Part shown: positions 32,211 to 43,397 of the stretch, piece by piece
How the letters are laid out: each line of letters starts with the position of its first letter
How positions within the stretch are numbered: the stretch's first letter is position 1
DNA from: Antedon mediterranea
Lineage: Eukaryota; Animalia; Echinodermata
NCBI RefSeq assembly: GCF_964355755.1
Contig: NC_092670.1
Location: 19,640,795-19,704,794, forward strand
Direction: 5' to 3'
DNA: 64,000 bases
Made by a program: the position numbers and the translations under genes
The notes under the pieces: generated by a model
Told to the model about the DNA's origin: nothing
What the model saw: the letters and a program-made list of their open reading frames with translations, nothing else
Databases searched by the model: none

Positions 32211-32449
32211 GGATATCGACTAAATATCGATATTTAAAATTCAGTTAGGCCTATTATGCGATAACAATGCTTATATGTCCATTATATTAATAAGTAGGCC
32301 TAGTATCATCTATAGTGTATTAACAAATTTCCCATATATCGGGGTAAAAATTACATGTTGATATAGTAAATTAGGTCAAACGGGAGTAAAATAAAACATT
32401 ACTAATAACTACATTGTACTACTACTAGGTCTTCTGATTTAAGGTCAGT

Positions 32450-32798
32450 GATTGGTTGTCGATGTTGCCTGGCAACGATAAGCAACAGGCAAACTATAGT
32501 CTATAATTGTTTTAGGCCTACAGGGAATTGAAGATTTTACTTTGCTCTATACAGTATTTTCATTATAAAGTATTATTAATTATAGTCTATAAAGTATTGT
32601 TAGAAATTTGTTTATATTAACTATATATCCCTACCCATAGGTACAGCTCAGATATTATATATATTTGTATCGGGATTTGTATGGGTACACTGTTGACATT
32701 GAATCACAATGGGCACGCATTCATTTCGTCACTTCCACCAAAGCAGACTATCGACCACCGGGATACAATAGGCATGCGCCTCATGTTGACATGGCAAT
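32450..32798 (+). promoter_or_regulatory. RFX X-box-like elements plus CCAAT box upstream of the orphan ORF
   Basis: GTTGCCTGGCAAC (32464-32476) preceded by GATTGG (32450); GCATGCGC (32772); GTTGACATGGCAAT (32785-32798). The RFX consensus is GTTRCC(A)TGGYAAC. Confidence 0.55.
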
Positions 32799-33120
32799 GA
32801 ATTGAGAGCAGACAATAAAACTACGCTGCTGCATATATATTTTTAAAATCGATACACGATAGAGAACTAAATGGCAAAGTTTGTAAAGCATATTAGTGAA
32901 GAAGTAATTAGAACATTACTTGCTGTCGTTTGGAGTTCAACCCCTACAACGAAATTGTAAACGCGCCAAGACAAAAGGTCAGAAATGGGTAAACGTTAAG
33001 ATGTTTAACACACAACGGGATGTTTGTATTTTGGTAAAGAAAACATGGCCGCGTGTAGCCTACTAAAACTCTTTTAATGTGGATTTCGAAATAAAATGTT
33101 GCATTTAGAAGTTCTTTGTG

Positions 33121-34053
33121 ATGGATGGAAACACAGAAGAACATAATGTGAACAACCAGGGGTTGAATATTCAACTCGGACGCGAACTAGAAACTTGCTC
33201 GAGAGATACGAGTCCGGATACAAGTTCTGACGCTATCACCTCGCAACTATCGAGGCTTAGTATTAACATTAGTGCAGGAAATCGAGGGGTTGAAATCTGC
33301 GGGATAGATGAAGCCGATGGCGCAGTGGAGGAGAGTACATCTATACATAGCCGTCAAATGCACAATAGCAATCATTCATTTTATTCCGATTGTATTTCAA
33401 AACGCAAAACGCGTCAAGAAAGACTAAATGTTAATCTAGTTCGTCTAAAACCTCATGTAAGTATCAGTATTAATACTGTGAATGAAAATCACTCAAGGAG
33501 ATCCGTTAATGAAAATCTGAACTCGTATATGGTTATAAGACAGCGAACTTTTCATGGTTTTCCTAGGACTCGTCGAGAAATGAAAACCCTCCCACTGACT
33601 GACCCAAGAGATTCCGCAAGTTATTGGCTCCACCGATCTAAAACGGATTTATTTATTGAAAGACGCAGAGAGAAATTTAACAATCAAAAAAGGAGTGAAT
33701 CTCAGACTGGATTGAATGGAATGACGTTTGGATATTTGGTAGAAAACTTACCCAGGTCACACTCCAGTGGTCACGTTGCGTCGTCGTCATCGTCGCGGCA
33801 ACGTTCCCTTGGTAATTTTTCTGCTCGCAGTTGTCCACCTGATTTTAATTCAGACAGACTACCACCTTTATCTAGGCCAGACAGAACGAAGCAATTTTTA
33901 AAAGCTGATTTTATTGAATCTCAAAATTCATCCCATTGTGAAAGTTCGACTAAGAAAATAGTACGTAGAAATAAGTTGAGTTCGACATGCTTGCCTCTTA
34001 AAGTTTGGGAGCCATCTTTGGATGTGTCTTTTATGCTAAACAAAAGGAATTAA
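33121..34053 (+). CDS. Uncharacterised Ser/Arg/Asn-rich protein, 310 aa, apparently a single coding exon
   Basis: 933-nt uninterrupted non-repetitive ORF in AT-rich DNA with higher GC than its flanks. First ATG at 33121. No domain recognised. Confidence 0.65.
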   Translation: MDGNTEEHNVNNQGLNIQLGRELETCSRDTSPDTSSDAITSQLSRLSINISAGNRGVEICGIDEADGAVEESTSIHSRQMHNSNHSFYSDCISKRKTRQERLNVNLVRLKPHVSISINTVNENHSRRSVNENLNSYMVIRQRTFHGFPRTRREMKTLPLTDPRDSASYWLHRSKTDLFIERRREKFNNQKRSESQTGLNGMTFGYLVENLPRSHSSGHVASSSSSRQRSLGNFSARSCPPDFNSDRLPPLSRPDRTKQFLKADFIESQNSSHCESSTKKIVRRNKLSSTCLPLKVWEPSLDVSFMLNKRN

Positions 34054-35484
34054 CGCCAAGAACTATGTCCAACTCAATGCGACAACAATCATCGCCTTTG
34101 AAGTAGTTAGCCAGCTAATTAGCAAGATACTCACAATATTGGTACATTGTAATAACAAACATTGTAGTAGGCGGGTAGGAGTACTTTGTACGTTGAAATC
34201 CCGATACTTGCTTCAGTGTTGCGGCTATTCTGTTCATGGAGTGGTTCCCCACTAGAACACACAGACGTTACGTGTACGTCGCAACGTATATACACGCAAC
34301 TTGCACGGTGAAAGTGGACGTTATTCAGTGAGGTTTAAATTGGTTTAAAGTGATGATTCATACAAGAAGCAATGTAATGTGATTATGTTGCTTTATATAT
34401 TTAGCATTAACGAAATGATAACGAGTTATTGTCATTCCCTTATACTGTAATTAAATTGTCTATAAAATACCGTATTTAATAAACGTTAACTATAAAAAAC
34501 GGTCACTACATAATACCATCCATATTTAAATTTATACTTATTTTCATAATGTAATAAAATATAATACAGTATTTGTATACAGTTAGAATTTTACTCATGC
34601 CAGTGAAAGTTGCCTAGATACCAGTATTAAAAAATGTTATTTTATTTGTAATAATTCATATTATATTAATTATTCATAAACACAAATTTAGTAATACTAT
34701 TTATGTGTTACAAGGTCTTTTTGTATCGATATTTGTCTACAAATTCGCTTTCGGCAGAATAAAACTACACCAAGCGTCTTGTCGTAAAAACATACTGCAG
34801 AAAATCAATATGTCTCATTTTCGATTGATAACATCGTATGAAATCTTAAAAAGGCGTCGAGATGTTCAATATTCAAATCACGTGGCGATGCGGGTGTTCA
34901 TTCTTCTTCTGAAGACTACAAATGATGACGATCGTGACAATCACGTGATAATGTTGTCGATGGCTTCGATGCCGACGACGGAGGAGCCCGAATGACGGCG
35001 ATGAATGCCAAACATCTAAAAAAGTAAAGATAACTCAATCATACTCTTTGCTGGTTGATTAGAAAACATGTTACGATTTCACAAAATTGGGGTCGGATGT
35101 GTAGCTAGGTCGGGCTTTTGTCCGGCCATCGAAATTGGTATGAATCGCAACGCGTACCGCCCGTTGTTTTGAGGTGTTTTTTTTTTCAGTATAAAACTGA
35201 ATTTAAAATACAAATACAACATAGCAGTTAATAACAAATTCATAAATACAAAACGCGCATGTATGAAATATAAAAGAATATAAGTTTTACAAAATAGAAA
35301 ACAAAAAAACCAAAAAATAGCTTACCGGTACTCTTTAATGTAGTTTCACGATGACGAAAGAGTAAAATGCAATACCATCATTACGTTGATGCCTTTACAG
35401 TACGTCCATGATTTACCAATGCAATTCAATGCAGTGCAATTGCCGGGTATCTGTAGGCCTACAATGCGCGGTGTTGACGAAATC

Positions 35485-35636
35485 CAGTGGCGTAACGGAT
35501 ATGAGCGCCCACTGGCTAAACCCAGGAGCCCTTGAGCGTATGGGGAAAAACAGGCATTAAAATAATGTCGAAAAGGGCTAAATCCGTCCGAGGCCTTCAG
35601 CATTGGAGGGGCCTCGGGTATCTACGTTACGCAACG
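35485..35636. mobile_element. hAT-type MITE in the sialyltransferase 3' region
   Basis: Imperfect TIR CAGTGGCGTAACG...CGTTACGCAACG with an exact 8-bp TSD ACGAAATC (35477-35484 and 35637-35644). Confidence 0.8.
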
Positions 35637-35669
35637 ACGAAATCGTCAACTGATTCAGGATACAGCCGC

Positions 35670-38600
35670 TTATCTACATCTACCAACGACATGTCTGATT
35701 ATTCCCTCTTTATGCAGTTTCTGATAGAGCCGGTACTCCTTCTTCATGTCATGCACTCCTTTCCACGACCCGTAATTGTAGTAATGGTTCCGGAGCCTCT
35801 CGCCTGTAGGACTGGTGTCGAACGGGTAAAATCCATAAAGCGAGATCTTATCGCAGAACGTCGTTGCTATGGTGAATATCATCAATCCACTAGATGTATC
35901 ATTCTTAAGGCTCCACAACCTGTAAAGCAATCAATTAACCTAGAAATGTATTTTAAAATAGACTATAAACATAAATCGATTTCAAGCAAGGACTTCATAT
36001 TATTTTTGCTGGTAACTTAATTCAAGGTATGGACGGATATTTGGAGGGAAAGGTACCGAGATATGAGGTATGCCTATTATTGGGTATTCAGAGAAAATGG
36101 ATACAGTACTTAGCAAATTAAAATTGCCACCGTCAGGCCAACTCAGACAGCGTCGTAAGACTCGTCTCGTCGGGATTCAACGTAGGCAAACGTAGCTTAT
36201 GCACAATATTGTTATATTAGGGCATTACTTATTTTTCCATGATTAGGGGGAACTGTTTGCAACTATAAAATAAAAATACTAACTTACGCCTTGATGATTG
36301 ATTTTATCGGCTTATTTGGTATACGAATATCCAATGACAGATTTTCATTTCTAGCTCGTCTTATGAACTTTACAAATCGTTTTTGATCGGAATTTCCCCA
36401 ATCACGAAATGTAATAATTAAAAAATAAACATTATTTAAGGCAACAAGACGATCACGATATTCCAGATAGCAGTCTATTTCCCTCCCCCTTAAGCAATGA
36501 TCCAGAACTTGCGTAAGAGCCTTGTTTGACGTCATCAAGTCTGTTCTATTTCCTACGTCATACTCAAAGTTATCAGTCTTTGCTAGGTTTTCACGTATTA
36601 CAAACTGGTGCTGGTCGATTTCGTAGCCGCACCCACTACCCGTCAATATTCCTGAGCTGCCAACTATTGCGCATGTTGCTTTTCTTGAGATATTCTTTCG
36701 CCTGTCGATATTGACGTCATACGGTACAATTGTTTGATTAGCCGATAATCCCAAACTTGAGATGATACTCCTAATTGGTAGTATAATTGTTAAATGATTA
36801 ATTTATAGAAAAAAGGAAAAACTTTGTTTATTATTTCTTCATTACGCTATCAAAAAGAACATAATTATTTTATCTTATTTGTTATTCATATACATACCTG
36901 AGTGTTTCAAACTTATCTACATCTATATGACGACGTAACTCAGAATCGATGTGAACTCTAATATCAGGACGATACATTTTCCTAGTTAAGGGAAAAACAG
37001 TTTTTAACAATCATCGTCAATAATTATAATGTAATTATCGAAGTTATGGTGGTGTCTCGATAGTGGTTGGCGTCATTGGTCATATGCGGTGTTGAAGGTA
37101 GGACGGGCTGTCGTATTTGGTGTGAGCATTGTATGGTGGTTGTGGTGTAGACATATAAGGTGATATGTCGTATATGATGGTGTGATGAGGATGGTGAGCG
37201 GGAATAGTTGTGTCTGGATGTGGTGTGGGTGTTGTGGTGGTGGGAGGTGCCGTTTGGTGGTGGGAGGGATACCGTAAACTGTGGCGGTATCTGGATATGG
37301 TGTGGAGGTATCATTGTAAGTTGATGATAGTCTTGATGATAATGATGAATTAAGTAGGTCAAATCTTCATTATCTTTGATTTATCTTGTCAACAACTAAA
37401 ACAGTATGCATACCTTTGAAAGGAATTCCATTCGTTTTCACTTGGATTCTCATCATTATCAAACTTCATCCAATGCAATAGTAACATATTCACCAAAATA
37501 AAAGCGGCAACAAAAACAACAACCAGGCTACGTGAGCTCAACTTTAATGTCTGTGTAAACACAAAACAAAAGCAATTGTGTTATCGTGCGTTGTCCCGAG
37601 CGCAACAAACAATTTTGTTTACTATTAATTTGGCCTATTTGTCTAGATCAAAATAGGTTAAAATTTCACTATGAAATATACTTTAAACTATACCGTACTA
37701 CATGTAAGTGCTAGATACCCTTAATAATTAATACTGCTGTTGTGACGTTTTACGACCGTGGGCCTAGTACTTACATTTTGCTGTGCGACACATTTCATGT
37801 ATCTTCTGCATAACGTTGTCATCATTGGTCCTAATACAGTCAATATTGAATTCCAATGTAACAAAAAAAAAAAGCGCGACACACTGTCGTACGGCACCCT
37901 GTAAAATACGTTTGCGACAATACATACGTAAAATGAGACTAATACCAATACAGATCGGGCAGTTTTTTAGGGCAACACTAAATAACCAAAGGTGTATACT
38001 GCCCTGATAACATATTAACCGCAATAATACATATTCCAGTTAAAAGACGCCGATTAACTGCCTCAATCTTAGGACATGGACACTGTGTTCACAAGCTATA
38101 GATAAACAATTAAAGAGTGTTTTCTAGCCGTTCTTTCGGTTGTAGGCCTACGATTGTGTGGTTATGGGCCTACCTTATTTTACCCTAAGGTGTGTACAAG
38201 TGTTTTGACGCAATGGTTCATCAATCAAACACAATAGCATAGAAAAGTCTTTATGTGTGGTGGGCAGGATTTTTTTCTTATTGTGCTAATTTGTGAAAAA
38301 GATCATTTGTTTAACAATAATTTCTATTCCAATATTTCTTCGATCGGTTTAGAATTACTAAAATGGTCAATTTGGATTGAATTATGATACAAACAGTAAT
38401 AATCATACTGCCCTCTGCTTTTAATTCTATGAAAGCGTTTGATTAATTATTATACTGATCTCAATGAACAAATTTTGCCTGCCAAATACTTTTTTCGCGC
38501 CTTTGCCTCGAGTGAAGCTACACCTAGGTGCGATTCTGATGGTACCTTTGGTAGGCCTACATTTGTTTTTTTTTTATATCTGGCCCACTTTTCTCGTAGG

Positions 38601-39800
38601 TTATAACAATGCGTGCTATCAATACTAATTCTCTTCATTCGTGCCATGCCTTAAAAACAAAACAGAGTGGTTAATTGCTCCCACATTCTTAAATGAACTG
38701 CGTTTCTCTCATTTCATACCTTTAGGAATACGCAAAGTGTCAAAGACAAGTATTGGTAAACGTGACATATTGGGCCGGCTAATCATCATTACATAATGCT
38801 AATGTCTACTGTGTCTCAACATAGTCAATATACAGACTATTGCGAAGAGAAAAAAATCATCCTTTAAATAGCACGTTTTACGTACGTCTATTGCTCTAAT
38901 TGTCGCTTTGTTTTTAGCCTAGGTTTGGTGTGTGAAAAGTTGCGATAAAGTTACGACGGTGGCAATATTTAGCCAACAAAAAGAGACAAAATACGGCACA
39001 ACTATTATTATTATTGTTATTACCACCACCATCATTATTATCATCATCATCGTAATCAATCATATCAGTGTCGTATCATTAAATTATGTTTAATCTTTAA
39101 GATTATGATTGACATGATAATGCCATAATGATTTTTTTATTTTAATTATTGTAATATTAAATCCTTTTAGGAATCATTAATATTTATTAGAATAATCAAT
39201 AGGCCTAATGATCGTCTCTTCTATTCCGTCTAAATAGCCAGACTCGGTGGTGTCTGGCATATCCTCTATTCATCCGTAGTACTACACGTTTTAGGAAATG
39301 TTTAACCGTTCTTTTTGTTAATAAAACACTCTCACGCAGAGATAAACTAATTAAGAAAAATGTGTAATTCATGGCAACCTTTATCCGCTAATGGCTTTGC
39401 AGGGTCTGCTAGCCTTTGATATGTTTTTCTGCAACGTCCAGGGCATTTTACTGTTTGTCAAATAACGATATATATTGTATTTGTAGCGTCGAATTGGGAA
39501 TGAAACGCTCACGTGTGTATAGCTGGTAAATAGAATCAAACGATACACACATTACGCATCTCATAAGTTTCAAATTAACATATTATACGCCTTGGTACGC
39601 TTTAAAGTACAGTAACATGGACATTATGTTGAGTACTTCAAGTAAGCCTGCCGCCTATCATAACTTGTGCTTTAAATCAAATTCATATCGATAATTACTT
39701 TCATTATAAACATAAAACGCACATACGTTGATGGGCCAATTATTGGCGAACTTTGGTGGTAGTTCACTAACTTACCCGAGAAAATAACTGACGGGCCCAT
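35670..39800 (-). CDS. GT29 sialyltransferase, ST8Sia (alpha-2,8)-like type II Golgi membrane protein, about 360 aa
   Basis: Exons 39776-39800, 38546-38649, 37414-37550 (TM LVVVFVAAFILVNMLLLHW), 36898-36981, 36288-36770 (motif L CAIVGSSGILTGSGCGYEID...DVG) and 35670-35919 (motif S SSGLMIFTIATTFCDKISLYGF, HYY, VS HDMKKE, C-terminal GRC). Phases are consistent; the first two exons are less certain. Confidence 0.9.
37040..37345. repeat. Low-complexity TGG/TGA-rich intronic tract
   Basis: Degenerate GTGGT/GATG runs; produces a spurious His/Thr/Pro-rich minus-strand ORF. Confidence 0.6.
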
Positions 39801-42800
39801 AGGTAGACCTACTCTGTTATGAGAGTTTCAACGTAGGCTACATTAAGGATTAAAATCAAAGCAGTTTCTTAAATTGACTTGACTTTTTAATAACATATCC
39901 TTATCCTGTTATAATCCTGGACCTCACGTCATGTCCTGGCATACTTCCAGGTATATAGGTGTGTGTGTGCCACCATGCCTGTGTCAGACCCTTCATATTC
40001 TCTTATACATTATTATATTATTTTTCCATTGGGTAGTAATAGACTCTACAGCTCACTATGTCGGTGGGTTGGCCGGTCGGTCGGTAAACACTAACTCAAA
40101 TTTGAGCACGCGACTGCAGCCATGTATGGCTTTGTTTTAAATGGCATGATGACAACAACTTTACTACGTTGTTCCAACATTAGGGAAATCCTGTAAAATT
40201 CAGATTTATCATTTATTTCTTTACCCTATACTCTTAAGTGGATACATGAGTTACCTTATTTACGCATCAATGTTGTGTCTATGTTGTGGAATCGGGTGAA
40301 TCCAATCAAAGAATACTATCTTTGATCGAATGAAATCATGAAAAACCGTATTTTATTAAATAAGCACTAAAAATCTGTCAATGCCAAACTATAATTAATA
40401 AGATATCCTTATCAAATTCATGACAGAATTCAGGAACAAAGGATTTAATTGGTTTACATGACGTAATACATAGTAACGGAACGGAATGATTGTTATGTAA
40501 AGCAGTTGATTTGTTGGATGAATAATGTTGATGAAAAACCTCAAGATATGAGAATTTGGTTGACGATTGTTATAATGTTTTCAATTATTTCCAAAGCACA
40601 GTGAAATATATACAAAAGTACTTCAACTGAAATAATATAGCTGATTACAATATTGTAAAAGACTAATTAAGGAAGAGTTTGACTGTGACGTTGCTAATTT
40701 TAAAAAATGTTATACACATCCAACAAATTAGCCAATTAGATGATGGATAATTTATCCGTGCTTATGAAATAAGTCTAATTTGAGGGAGTGAGAAAGAAGG
40801 AGTCTATACCTGACACTAGGTCAGGATTCCACCATGGACCTTGGCAAGGCCTAAGAAAGTGATGGCGGATGATTTAATTTGATTTATTCAATTCAAAAAA
40901 ACCATTACAAGACAATGGACATGAACGTTTGCAAATGATTGTCTCCATTTTCAAAACTCTCATACTATATTATAAATATTGAGTTATTAAAAATAACAAT
41001 AATGAACACATCAGGCATTAGAAAATTATTTGAGTTGGCCTAGAGTCAATTAAAAAAAACCAATGAGATCATGTCATGAAGGAATCGAGTAATTTACAAA
41101 ATGTAAAGAGAAAAGGCATGACACCATAAAATGAACATCTTTTAAACTAAGATATACCGTATATCACCGAATAAATGATAGTTTGCGCTATGACGATAAA
41201 TGCAATATTTTTGTATCAAATAACTTGTATTCCAATAATAATTTTACCTATAAGCTATAATGTTTGTCTTCAATATAGATAAACAAGCTTGATTAGCGTA
41301 GATTACCACTGATTTCCTACCCATGCTTTCTATATTTAATATCTGTTAATTACGGTATATTGTTACTTCGGAATTGGCCTCTTTTGCTTTATTTTTAGAT
41401 TTTTTTTATCTTTCAACAATCCTATTAACGCAAATGGGAAGGCGATCTGAAACATACCTCTAACAACAATATCATATCTACGTTCTTAAAAGCGTTATAA
41501 ATTTTAGAGGAAAAAATGATTTTGTTTTTATTAAACATCGTAACCTGCGGGGTAAATTATCTGTTATGAAACATTTCTCCCATCTGCACTTGTTTCTCGA
41601 GTAGAAAGTACGGTTAGTTAAAAGTGAATTCCTTTCAGACACAAAATAATGTTTTCTTTCACATAAACACTAACAAAAAAATGCGAATGCGAATCTGCTT
41701 TTGTTTGTTACTGTATTTTTTTTTATTAATCATAATGGTATTTACAAAAAGTGAAGTAAACTTTCCCTTCATATACAATTTTACAAAATACTCAGTCTTA
41801 ATAAATACCATTTAGGCAAACACGTATGTAGCTTAAAACAACTAGGCAAACGAGTACTAATTTTAAGCCCGGCCATACGCAATACTTCACAAATAAATCT
41901 CTATGCATGCTCAAACCAATCTGCGTATTTTTTTTTTCAATTTCGATTTGGCAGTGGTTAAGCCTCAGAATATGTTGCTACACTTTTACTTTGGTCCGTT
42001 ACACATTGTCTATATTATAAAAGGTATCGATAAAAAATGAAAAATGCATAACCATATTGAAATTACATAAACATACAAATTAATTTAAACCCTAGGTCAT
42101 CGCAAATTTAAAAAGTCTAAAAATTTCGGAAATTAGACGACAAAATGGAATCATCTAAATGTAAAATATTAAAATGAAGAAATGCATCAGAAAATAAACA
42201 GCCATGCGAGTATTCATTGTATATATAATAATAATAAAAGACGAGTTTTCACAAAGGTGTAGAAATTTAGGCCTACAGAGTTTTCTTTACACCTGAACTG
42301 GAAAAACTTTTGGAAAAAGTTTTCAATAGAGAAATAACTAATAAACCACGTGTGGCGCTAATTTACCATGCTTTTACACAGTGCTTTGTCAATGTTTATG
42401 TTGTAAAGCTAAAGTTGTTGGTGTTTTTTTTTTGCTTACATTTAAAAAAAGATAGCCCAACATTGCTGGTGTCGTCCCCGTGGTTCACCAATTTTCTCTA
42501 TTGGTGTTACCACATCTACCAACTAAAACATCAAATCTGGAAAACGTAGATAATCTCAAACATATGCAAACTACCAAGATTCATTTTAAGAAATAAAGAA
42601 AAATTTTTCGTTTTAGTCGAAAAGACATGCTCAAAAGTGTCATATAAGAAGATTTTTTTAATGGTTCTAGAGGAATTTAAATTGTGCTCTTAATGTTAAT
42701 CATACATTGCAGTACGTATATTAAGTATAACAAGAACTGTCATAGTTAAAGAATCACAAACATTTTCCATTGTAAAAATTAATTTTACCAAAAGTTAAAT

Positions 42801-43397
42801 GAGTAATTACTACAGTTAATATATTCCAACCATTGTAGACTATTTCATCAGAATAAAACGGTGTAAAATATAGGCCACATTGTAATGGTGTAATGAATGC
42901 TTAGCGAACTACATTTTGGTACTAATGTACTGTATGTTTGAAAGGCTTTCGTCAATGCCTTCGGCATTGCTCACCCAAACTAGATATAAGCACTGCAGTG
43001 AGGTTAGTAAATGCAGGCCTAGTGGAATTCTTGCCGATTTATTAGTCGTCGTCTACTAGAGGCATTTAGGCCTAGTTGAAAATCCTCTTAGACCTACATC
43101 ACACGGTAAATAGAAACCAAAATCAAAGCATATATTTATGATTTATCAACTGAAGTGTCCATGTTCAACAACACAACTAAATCAAAGCCGTGGTTTGATT
43201 AATGCATAAAGTAAATAAATTAGCCATAGACTAAAGTAGCCTAAAGAGGAGAAGAAAAACGGTTTTTCAAAATTGAACTGAAGCCCACAAAATGGATACT
43301 TCTTGCAAATGATTTTGTCGTATGATGATCATTACGTTCTCCATAATGCATTCACTTTTCTGGATAATTCCCAAAGGTCATGTTAGAAAATTTCACT

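Noticed and set aside
35532-36020. 162-aa + strand ORF
   Set aside because: It starts at TTG inside a MITE and runs antisense across the last sialyltransferase exon.
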